DNA of 64,000 bases, taken from contig NW_024704742.1 of the NCBI RefSeq assembly GCF_018977255.1, positions 40,054,001-40,118,000 of the forward strand. The letters are read 5' to 3'. The stretch is from Callorhinchus milii (taxonomy: Eukaryota). The notes beneath the pieces are model-generated. The model saw only the letters and a program-made list of their open reading frames with translations. It had not been told where the DNA came from and ran no database searches. The stretch's first letter is position 1; each line of letters begins with the position of its first letter. Below are positions 40,820-52,343 of the stretch, piece by piece. The position numbers and the translations under genes were made by a program.

Positions 40820-42320
40820 ACACACATAGCTACAACAAATTACACTTGTTTAGTGCCCTTCAAGTTGGAAAGATGTCCCAGGGTGCTGGATAATCAGGGG
40901 TTTTGGACCCGAACTGGGAGTTGGAGTCAGAAGGAGAGAGGGCAGGGGTGTGGGGGTGGGAGGGTGGATGAAGGGATGGTCGAAAGTCTTCAGATGGGAC
41001 TTGAAGGAGGCAAGAATGGGGGGTAAGGTGAAGAGATTGTGGGATAGAGTTCCAGAGTGTGGGGGCAGAGATGCTGAGTGCCTGACCGTCAATGGTGGAG
41101 CGGGAAGTGTGGGGGACTTGAAGCAGGCCAGTCTCCACTGAACAGAGGAAATGGACAGGTTTATATGGGATTATGAGGTCAGAGAGGTAGGGGGGGGATC
41201 AAGACCATGGAGGGCCTTGAAGGTAAGAACAAGGGTTTTGTACTTGATTCTTTGAGGAATGGGGAGCCAGTGAAGCCGGGCAAGGATGAGGATGATTGGT
41301 TCCTGGAGCCTGGTGTGGGAGAGGACATGAGTTGCAGCATTCTGAATAATCTGCAGCATGTGGAAGGAAGAGTTGGTAAGTCCAGTGAGCAGGCAGTTGG
41401 TGTAGTCAAGCTGGGATGTAATGAAAATGTGGATCAGGGTCTAGGCGGCCTGCGTTGAGAGGAAGTGGCGGAGGCGGGCAATGTTGCAGAAGCGTGGAAA
41501 GGTGGAATGGGTCATGGCATGAATGTAGGGTTTGAAGAATAGCTGAGGGTTAAAAAGGACACCGAGGTTTTGGAATGGCTAAGTGAAGTGAATGGTGATA
41601 ATATCAGTGGCTGAGGTGAGGAGGTGCTGCTGGGTGCCAAGCAGGAGGGCTTCTGTATTATTGGAGTTGAGGGTGGAGGCGGCAAGTTGAAGTTGGATGT
41701 CATCCGCATACATGTGGAAATTGACCCCATGTCTGCAGATGACATCACTGAGTGGGAGCATGTATAAATTGAAGAGGAAGGGACCAAGGACAGAGCCCTG
41801 AGGGATGCCACATGTGACAGTACGAGGGCTAGAGGAGAAGTGCAGGTGGTGGAAAAGGTAGGATTGGAACCAGATAAGAACAGAACCATTGAAGTGAAGG
41901 TGAGAGGAGAGGAGATGAAGAGCAATAGAGTGGTTAACAGTATTGAGAAGTCGAGAAGGATGAGGAGACAGAGAGAGCATGGATCGCAGGTGGTCAAAAT
42001 GTCATTGGACACTTTGACCATGGCTGTCTCTGTGCTGTGAGCAGCACAAAACTCAGATTGGAGGGGTTCATGGAGGGAATCCTGGGAGAGGAAAGAGCAA
42101 AGCTGGAAGTGACGACTCGTTCCATGATTTTTGATAGAAAAGGAAGGTTTGAAGTTGGTGAGCAGAGATCAGTCAAGAGAAGGTTTTTTGAGGGTAGGGG
42201 TCATGATGGCTGTCTTTAGGGGGATGGGAATGGTGTCAGTGGACAGGGAGAGGTTAACGAGGTCTGTCAGTGGGTGGGGGGGGGGGGGGGGGGGCAAGAA
42301 GGTGGAGCTTGAAGGTGAGG
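40820..42320 (-). mobile_element. Degenerate L2 LINE (RT region through 3' end)
   Basis: SNLPFLSKIMERVV, VKVSNDIL, GIPQGSVLGPFLFNLYM, FHMYADD, LHWLPIPQRIKYK and APTLWNSIP spread over several frames. Confidence 0.9.
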
Positions 42321-44739
42321 AGAGGGGCCTGTCTGCTTGTTCAGGTGGATTTTAAAGTTCCCATAACCCAAATCAAAAGAAATGGAGTTTATTCTGGTCT
42401 CTTAGCTAACAGTCCTCAAGAAAAATGTGGTCATTTACATTTTGGCTGTTTGTGGGGCATTTCTGTGTACAAATTCGCTCCAAACAGCATTTGCCTATAA
42501 ATACGCTATCATTACACTTGAAAGCAATTAACGTTGAGCCATTTCAACAGTACAGGTGCTACATATAAGGGTTATGTTATTTAAAAATACAATAGCTGCT
42601 TATTTCTTAAACAGATGTTTAAAAAAAATAATTGTATATCTGAAAGGATTTTCTCCCTCCTGTTACTATATTCCTGCACTGCCTTCTCAATACTCAATAC
42701 TTTGACATTTTCGTAAGTGTCTACTCCCTGTACAAGTTGGATCCATAACCGAACATGATCTGTTAATATCTGTCTCAGGCTAACAGTCCAGCAAGTTAGC
42801 CAATGTCAGACTGCTTTAGTTCTTTTTGCCCAGCTTCTTCCGGCTTGAGTCAAAGTCTCAGCTAAATATTTCACTCCCCTCCCCCAACAAAAGCACACAT
42901 AACCATGAGATTGCCCAGATGTCGCTCATGCTCTCACACTTCTGGATCTCCACTGCACCACCTGTATTGCTCCACATCAGCTGCCTCAAGCCCTGAATCA
43001 ATGCTCCCATGTTGTCGCTCACTGTGTCTCAGCAGCAGCTAATTGAAGCCTAGTGCCAGCAAAACGTGTCTCGAAGCAGGACGTTAACACAGAAAGTATT
43101 GGATTGGATTGCACCTGTCATTATAAAACACAGACTATATTAACAAAGACCTATATTTTTTTATGAAATAAGTTCCACACACCAAAACTGATAGTCAGCG
43201 CGGATGAACATTCTTCAACAAGAAAGGGTTTCACATATAAACTTAAAATTTGTTTAAACATATCGTTTACTATTCACTTATTTTTTCCTGAACAAAAACT
43301 ATCATGAAAAACAACAATGAATTCGTAAAGAAATTATATATATCTTTTTAAAGTCTGCATTTTGGCTCTTTACCGTAAACGTGGCAAATGAATGAATGAA
43401 TGAATGAGTCAGTGAATGTGCAGTAAATCCAATCACAGAGACGTTACGTCAATGTTATAGATTTAAACATGTTAAAATGGCAATACACTCATTGCGTTTA
43501 TAATAGATATCCATCAGTAATGTATGAATACGCCAACAAGCTTGAACATGTTCATTAAGTTGCTGGATGCATCGGGTTGCAATCCCTTTGCTTGTCACTC
43601 CTTACTGAGTATCAGTTGCTGTAGCTCTGCTCTGAGAATATCCACTGAATATGATTCACACAAAGGGCATCTGCTTCCCCCAACTTACTGAGTGCTAATT
43701 GTGCCCAAAGGGTTGGCGTCATTCCCTCTTGTCACTTTTTTTTCTTTTAAAAAAAATGGAAACTACATTTCAATTCCTGAAATAAAGATTCGCTTCCCTT
43801 CAGAAAAAGGTCTGCCCTTTTTTTAAAAAAGAAAAGTACGATTCCAGAAACTATTAATAGTTTGAACAGAGTTGAACGGAATGCCAGCCACTATTCCTGA
43901 GTTACACCATAGAAAGTAGTCTGTATCTGGAAATCACATTTTGTTAAAAAAAAACTCTTCAACTGAAATGGCACCACAGCTTCTGATATATAACATATAC
44001 TTTACTCGAAGCTTTGTAACTTGCACCCAGTACTCTATCATGAAACTGATTATTTGGATTTTAAAATGCATGTCATATTTCCGACAGAACAGAGCCCTCA
44101 AGATGTCAAATCTGCTGTGTTTGGTACATGGTAAAGTGGCACCTTATTAAATGTAAGACTTAATCAGTTATATGCCCACAAAAAGCAAAAATATAAAACT
44201 AATATGAACCCAATTATGTCAAATAACACTTTTATACACCATGCCGGCGCAAATGCAGTCACTCGTTTCAAAAGAGTTTTACAAGTAGTGCACATTATTT
44301 AACTGCATGAATTTGGCTGTATGTATGTTGCTCTGATCTCTATATATTTGCACCTGACTATACAAACAAACATACACATCTGTTATAAACTCACTATATA
44401 ACCAAGTAAGTTGCTAACGAGTAAACGAGGATTTAGGGGTATGGCTAACTGCAGTGTATTATTCGACATAAAACGTGAAATTATCATCACAATAGGACCC
44501 ACTTCTTACTAAAACATACACAATCGTGTGTTTTGCTCCACGGTAATATCCCAGACTGTGCTGCACTATTACCTTCCTGGGCAAATTGAAAGCTTCCTCT
44601 TAGATAATCTGTCGATAGCTTCCGAAAATAGACGAGCGCTGCTGATACCCCCGTCTTGTAAATTGTCTGCTCTGCTTATCTCTCCCTAAATAAATACAAA
44701 CAGGATTATAAGAGCGATAGAAGCCACTTTTTCTCCAGG

Positions 44740-44850
44740 CACCGCCATCCTGACGCCGCTCCTGTTTACCACGTTGTAACTGACAGTGAGGTCTCACTGC
44801 CAATTCTCATTGGTAACAGTCTCAGAGTGAGTGACAGGATGCAAACAGCA
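44740..44850. promoter_or_regulatory. Candidate enhancer: TALE, Fox and NF-Y motif cluster
   Basis: TGTTTAC 44763, TGACAG 44781, CCAAT 44800, ATTGG 44809 and TGAGTGACAG 44828 within about 80 bp. Confidence 0.4.
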
Positions 44851-47008
44851 CCTAAACTGCGGACACTTTTAAACTGTGATTTTTTTTATTGGGAAAAAAG
44901 ATGTTTCGATCACATTTTGCAGAAATCACCAAGAAACACGAGACATGTGGCCAACCGAGAGCAGTAAAAAAAAACCAACGCAATCTGTTTCACATGGGTG
45001 AAGGATATTATAGTTTGGGAACTAAAGACTAGGCAATTGGTAAAACATTTAATTGTTGCTTGGAAACTGTATCGTGAACATTGGGAATACCAGGAAGGGC
45101 CTTCCTACTGCATTGAGATAACTGGATACAATTAGCATGGTTCCATCGTGGGATATAACTCTTCCATCTACTTTATTCGTGAGTGCATTGCAAACTGTAT
45201 TCATTTTCACGACATTTTCCCCCTTACTCAGACTATGTCTAGTGTCACAGAAACCTCAGATGAATTAAAGAATGAGTTTCGATTGCCTGGGAAAAAAGCA
45301 GCATCTCCACATCACCCAAATCCAACCAAACTGGGCAGAGGGTTTCAGTGTGTGCACTCTCAGACCGGGCTATTCCCGCTTCTCAAAACACTGACATCAA
45401 CTCAATTGCGTTCATTCAGTACAAAGGTATCATTTATGTATGAAACGTATCATTTCCATAACACGTTTGCTAACAAGGCATTCATTCTATTCTATATTTT
45501 ATCGATGATTTTCTTTATATTATTATGAATTGTTGGTCCCACCTCCTTGTCTCACAATGTTAATATGTTTGTGTTTAACACAAGGGGCGACATTAGTGAC
45601 CCCCACCACCACTTACCCGCGGGATTTAAGTTTAAATTCTTAAATATTGCTCTCTTTGTGAATCGAGATTCAGCAAAAGTCTAATTTTACTTCTGTTATT
45701 ATCTCCAATTACGGAACCAACATTGTCTGTGCTCGGGATCTAACCCTAGTTATCCATATGGCGATGTGAAAATCGTTGTAATTGCATAAATCAGAAGTAT
45801 TTCGTAGCTATAAGGTCAGTTCCAGCGAAGGACAATCCACAAAGACATTACATTTCAGATGTGATTCACAACTGTAACTCATTTAGGAAAATCGATGAGT
45901 TTATTTCTACAAAATAAAAAGTGTCGTATCTTGTCATTTCTCACGAGCTTTTGTTTGGTACACATGTTATTTTTTTAACAACAAATAACTGTACAGATTT
46001 TAGACACTTACAAATCCATTACTGGCCATTTACTTTGGAAAACCCTAGCACGATGGGCAAGTAAAATATTTCAAAGTAATCTGCAAGTAGATGGATAGGA
46101 ATACGTCTGTATGAAACACGACTGAGCTTTGTTCTGTAACATCATCCACAGCATTTATTTATTGCAAATATGCACTTCGCAGAACCTGTGCTCTGACACA
46201 TTAAATAATAGTTATTGGGGGAAAAATATATACATTTCCGCTTGCTGCCTCGGGCTGGTTAATATCTCCTCAGTAAAACAAAACTTATCTTGAAGAGCTC
46301 GATAGAGCGTCTGGTGTGAGCTATACAAGGAGTCAGGATGTGCAAACTGGATAAACAAAATTACTTAACAGGGGCTTTCAGATACATATGTGATGTGTTA
46401 TCAGGACTCCGATTAGATTGAATAGGATTCCTGTTTTGGCCACTTAAGGTCTGTATTGGTTGTGACATCCTTTTTTACCCGCTCAATGCTGAATACTGAC
46501 ACAAGCTGTTTGACTTCTCATAACTCACAACGTTTAACGATTAAATAACGTAACTTCCAGTCGTTTCGATGTTGACTTAACTCTTAAATTTTATTGAATT
46601 GATCAAACGTTACAAAAAAAAATATCAAAGGGGTGATTATTAAAGGGGCGATTCCAATAAATCTTTTTTTTCCTCCCCACCAAAGACAAGCATCAAGCCT
46701 GTAAAAAAAAAAACTCAAAAGGAAGTCTGGCACACAGTCACCTTCTAGAGAGAGAAAAAAATTCCGAAAAAAAAATGCATTCTTTATCCGCGTTACAAAC
46801 ACTGGTCAACTGGCTAAAAGAATTAAAAAATACTATAATAAATAATAATATTCAGCACTGTTCAATCTTCTATCGGCATCTCTTACTATTTACAGGGACT
46901 ACGTCTTTGCTTCTGTTTTATACATTGAGAATTGTTGGCATGAGGCGAAGGTGATCAGCTTTCCTGTCTTTACTGTATTTTCCTTGCTGTTTGGGGGCAG
47001 CTGTGGTC

Positions 47009-47637
47009 TCACCAAGCCCTGATCCCATGAAACGCTCCTTGCAGAGCCGAGACCCCAGCGCTTTGGTGGGCTTGAGTCTGTGCCGCAGAGTAGCCCATGT
47101 TGTTAACGTTGAAATTCATGCTCATGTTGACGAAGGGGGTGGCAGAGGCGCTCTGCTGAATGGGTGGCATGTTCGAGTACATGCAGCTGTAATCTCCGTC
47201 ATATGTGGCCGTGTTGTAGGTGGGGTATATGCTGTAACTGTAGGGTGCCATGCTGACGTTATACGGGGCGCTGTATGAAGGAGATCCGCCCAGACAAGGT
47301 TTCCCATCACGTACCAGCACAGGCACCGCGACCCTGCGGGGAGTGGGAGCTGCTCCTCCCAGCTCCAGACTCTTGTCCTGCCGCTGCCGTTTGCACTTGT
47401 ACCTGCGATTCTGGAACCAGATCTTGACTTGTGTAGAGGTCAATTTTAACACGTTGGCCAGGTGGTCTCTTTCGGGGGCAGACAGGTACCTTTGCTGTTT
47501 GAAGCGCCTCTCCAGCTCGTAGACCTGGGCCTGAGAGAACAACACTCGGGGTTTCCGTCTTACTCTCCGTCCAGAGCCTTCCAAAGCTTCGTGTTTCTTT
47601 GCTTCGTGTGTAATGTGCTTTTCCATTGAAATTCCTT
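47009..47637 (-). CDS. NK4-class (tinman / Nkx2.5-like) homeobox gene, exon 2: homeodomain, NK2-SD, Tyr-rich region, GIRAW end
   Basis: Acceptor TTTTTTTGCATTACGATCTAG|AA, phase 1. [74 protein letters not shown], terminal HGIRAW*. Confidence 0.95.
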
Positions 47638-48560
47638 CTAGATCGTAATGCAAAAAAACACGCTTTATTTTAAAACCAGGCGGGGACTCCCTTTGAAATA
47701 GCAGTTATATATATATATATATATCTATATCTATAAGGAACGTTTTTCTCACCCTTTTTTGTGAAATGGGTGATTTAACACAACGCTATAAGTTGTTGGA
47801 CTTGGTTGTAATGATCCAAGCTTTCAGTGGTGACATATGGGCAATAGACGTGGATTTCAAATATCGATTGGTTTTCTTGGCGACTGTATATTTTATAAGA
47901 ATATTAAAAAATTCATTTGAGCGTTAAATCCGATCTAAATAAGTTTTAAATTGAATATGTACATTACCAAGTCCCCCCAAATCTACCGACTATTTGGTGT
48001 TTTTCCCTCTATTTATTCTCTGTAGTTATTCATGCTCGGCAAATAGTCGGTTTCCATTATTTGTACAATATTTCTCATCACAACCCTAACAGCACATTTA
48101 CTGTATTGCAATTTCTTGCAAACCTTTAATACTCAAACATAACGTTTCCAGAATTAAAACTACTGTGTTGTATTTAACTCGGCGCCGTTGGCTGAGATGC
48201 AAACAAAGTAGAAGTCTCTCGGTATGTTTGGCGGCAGACAGGCAGTTCAGTGTGAGTGGACTGCAAAAGTGCTGAGATAAAAATCAGAGGAAAAAATCAG
48301 CAACACAGACCGACAAATCTGCTGCTTTATGCTTCGCTTAATTCATTGTTTTGATACCAAGTCCGTCGGAATGCAGGTAACATTTTTATGTTTATATACC
48401 AATCGTCCAACCGTCTAACAACTGGAGTAGGATACACTTGAAATTAATTCCATTTCACTCCGAGACTCATCTCTCATTCAACTTTAAGTGAAAGCGGCGT
48501 TCGCTGCCACCGTCGCCTTTCAGGTATTTGGTAAGTGATGGTAAGTGATGGTCTACTTAC

Positions 48561-48870
48561 CTTGACTGCTGTGCTGGAAAGGGACGTCTGAGTGTGATTC
48601 ACGGGAGCTCACAGCATAGCTTACACTCACGCCGTGAGAAAATTCCGGTTCATCCCTCTGTACTTGGGATTTGACAGCCTCACTCCCAAGGGCAGCGAGG
48701 GCGCGCTTGCTTTGATTTGCCTGCTCCAACATACAGGAAGACGGGGAAGGGAGAGCGTCCGGAACTGCGCTCATATGACTTGCAATCCGTTGCCTCTGAT
48801 AGCGGTGCTCCAGGTTTAAAATGTCCTTCACGGAAAATGGTGTCGTGGATGACCCGGGGCTCGAGAGCAT
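48561..48870 (-). CDS. NK4-class (tinman / Nkx2.5-like) homeobox gene, exon 1: TN domain
   Basis: MLSSPGSSTTPFSVKDILNLE (TN domain) and PSSCML. Donor CAAG|GTAAGT. 310 nt + 629 nt gives an open 312-aa protein. Confidence 0.95.
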
Positions 48871-49133
48871 TTCTGGATCACTTCGGGCCGGTGCAAAACA
48901 AATGCTTCTGAGTTATCAGGAGGACGATGTGCAATTCCCAGCGTACATTTCTCTGTTGTAACCTCGCAATGTTTTTTGTGTGTGCTTACTCGGTTAAGCG
49001 ATGACTGACGTTAGCAGAGGCAGACCCAGAAAGCTACTAGTTAAACACGGGGATTTCTATTGGTCACAGGTTTACAGTGCATCCCATACAGTTTATCTCA
49101 GTCTATAGTCAAAGGGCCAAACTCCCTGTTCCA

Positions 49134-49148
49134 GGGTTTATATAAGGG
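49134..49148 (-). promoter_or_regulatory. Possible TATA box of the NK4 gene
   Basis: CCCTTATATAAACCC on the minus strand, about 270 bp upstream of the ATG, with nearby GATA cores. Confidence 0.3.
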
Positions 49149-52069
49149 TGACTTTTTTTTAAAAAAAGGTGCAATGATTCTTCTGGCTGTTATCTCTCTC
49201 TTGCACTACTTAATGAAAAAGATATTAAAATGTTCAATTATTAAATACACGCATTTGATAACCTCGCCGCAACGTTTCTTGCGTTTGCAAAGAAAAAGCT
49301 AATAGGAACGCACACATGTCCATCAGGAAAGTCGTCAAATTTGCATTTTATAAATGTTCGTGTCGGTATTCGAAGTTAATGTTTACACAGTTCTCAACTG
49401 TGACTACAATACATATTTGTGGAGTGAATATTTCAATCCACCTTAGCAAACATATTGCACAATGAGGTTTAGAGTATTGAATTCATAACGAGAATTTGGC
49501 ACATGGTAAATTAAAGTGATTTGAATTTGGAGCATTCTGTACTCGGATGAATTGAATTGAATTTAAATGTAACAGGACAGAAGCTCGCTTTTGTTTGCAA
49601 ATGGTGCTTATATTAGCAGAATGAGATTCTTTGTGTGGGTTAAATTCATAACCGGTTTGTTCACCCGCCATTCTTAAAACAGTGCCAATCATTGCATTTC
49701 ACGTATAAGGAATCTGAATAGTGTATATTGTGTTTTATTTTCATTCCGAATGAGTGTGGTGGTATGGCGTATTGATAGGAATGCATTATTTTATGATGCA
49801 GTGAGTGGTGTAACGCAAGTTTGCATTTATCTAATCTCGAAATGTGACGGCACTTTGGAATGACCTGACTTATAGAGGAATCGTCAAGAGTCAAGTGAAG
49901 GACGCTTTCGGATGAAGAATAGAATAGATTTGGCTGCAATCAGCAGGCATTCGGGAAATCGGAAATAACAATTTGCTGAATGCTTTCTGAACCCGACTTG
50001 TACCTTGGTTCAGCCATAGCGCATTCGAGGGAAAAAAAGATACTGGTTCTTTTAACACTGTTTATTTCTCTACTTAAAACTGAAGAGGTTGTTATAAGCG
50101 CTCTTTAAGGTGCTTTGATTGGGAAGGATGATATCTGCAGCGTACATTTGTCTGCAAAGAAAGCTTTGCTATTATTTGCATACCATTTGCATATTGTATT
50201 TTCAGTCTATTGTATGTAACATAAGTAAGAAATATGAGTACCATGAGGAAATATTGTTCATGGCTATGTGCAATGCCTTCGATGGGTCTTTTAATACCTG
50301 CTACCGGGTTGTATTGGTTGGCTCTCTCACGGATACAGCTTGAGCGGTCGCAGGACGTGATAAGATCTGACTGAATCAGTGTTGCAGTGTGAGAAGGAAC
50401 TTGTGGAAGCTGCCTGTCTCTTCCTCTGAGCAATTATAAAAGTCAAGGAGTTAAACAGCGAGAGAGCCGAAACATTGCACGTCCATTACGTAAATCAGAG
50501 TTTTACAGTTGACAGACTGGACGGCTAAAGCGTATCTACTGCGAAGAATATATTCTGTAGATTCAACTGGAAACGACCTTCCTATATAGACGAGGAGCAT
50601 CCAGTGAAATGTCAAATTTGGGTTAAAAATGAAGGTCAGATTTGCAATGTTTTGTGTCAGTGGCTTTAGACGTGTTGGGATTAAAAACGCATCTTCACCA
50701 AAGTGTAGGTTTTAAATTCCAGTTTGCAGCTCGTTACTATTTTTCCCAGAGATTTTTTNCCCCCCCATCTTAAACATGTAGCCGGGGATTGCACTCTGGA
50801 TCAGTTGCTGTTGCGGTTGGCATTGCCACACACTGCAATAAAGGACCCAAAGTAAAACCCATCCCTATGTACGCTAATTCGGTCCTAATTCCCACCATGT
50901 AACGATCTCTTAATTTTGCAATATTTAGCTCTTTGCCCGTCCGTCATGGTATATTATTTTCCCCCCAAATCGCTTGCTACAACCGACGCATCGTATTCAT
51001 CTTTTAATAAATACAATGCAATAAAAGCGATTGATAACTTCAAGTCGATACCCAAACCGCGACTTGGAGTATCACACCACGATAGGGCTTTTTTTTTGTT
51101 GTTGTTGTGGTTGAATGATTTCGAAGCACGCATCGAAATCGAAATGTAATGTCAGAGACCGTATTTAAAGTCAGTTCGACTTTACCAGCAAGTTATTTTT
51201 ATATTTGGAAATTTCAAATGTAAAATCGTTGTGCGGTGTTGGACATAAGAAGGCATTTTAATAACCTGTACGAATGCCCACAGAATGGGTTACAGCCGTT
51301 TATCTGCACATGTTATTAAACGTGTTCAATTATATTTGGTTTTGGAATATTCTGAACTCAAAAATCACTTGTCAGAAATCTGTGAAAGTGAATCGACTTT
51401 AGCTTCCGACATTACATTTAAAATCCAATAAGTATTTTGAATGCATTTCACGAGAGAACCACCAGTATAAATCTACAGCTATAAATACAAATATATTCGT
51501 TGTGACCCTGATTTTAATGCGGATTCTGGAGCTGTCGAGTTTCTTTCGTATGTTTATAGTCTCAATCACTATGTAAAAAAAACACAGTGTATTTTAAATC
51601 CACCTGCAGCTATTTAACAATTACTTTCCTTGGAGATAAATATCCCACAAAGCAAAATAGTCCTGATTCTGGATGCCTGAATGTGTTGCTTCGCCCAAAT
51701 AAAATAAATGCACTCTTAACTTAAAACATTTGGGACAGTGTCGAGAGCAAACAGCAAAATATTATCCTCATTCTCAAAAAAAGGATCATTTTGTATCGAC
51801 GGGTGTCCCAGTTTAGACATGTATGTAACAGTGGGTGGTGCTGATATTTAGTGGGGGGGGGGGGGGGGGGGAGAGGAAGGTGTATGTGTGTGTGTGGGGG
51901 GGGAGGGGGGTCAACCGATAAAATACTTCATCACAAACGTGGTAATTGTTTTATCACAGAGATAGCCCGGGGTCTGCTTCAATTAAAATTCCTTTGACAG
52001 TGATAATGCTCGTGTGCAGTGATAATGGGGGACAGTTCCCATTGTGCTGGGGCTTTCTTACCACAGAGA

Positions 52070-52343
52070 GCTGTGCTGGGCTGTGCTGGGCTGTGCTGTG
52101 CTGTGCTGGGCTGTACTGTGCTGTGCTGGGCTGTGCTGGGCTGTGCTGTACTATGCTGGGCTGTGCTGGGCTGTGCTGTGCTGGGCTGTGCTGTGCTGCG
52201 CTGTGCTGGGCTGGGCTGGGCTGTGCTGTGCTGTGCTGTGCTGGGCTGTGCTGGGCTGGGTTGTGCTGTGCTGTGCTGTGCTGGGCTGTGATGTGATGTG
52301 CTGTGCTGTGCTGTGCTGTGCTGTGCTGTGCTGGGCTGTGCTG
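52070..52343. repeat. Mixed pentanucleotide repeat (CTGTG/CTGGG)n
   Basis: About 55 pentamer units with occasional CTGTA/ATGTG variants. Confidence 0.95.

Noticed and set aside
47638..47653. ORF-track start MHYDL for the NK4 gene
   Set aside because: This is intronic polypyrimidine/acceptor sequence. The real start is the exon 1 ATG at 48870.
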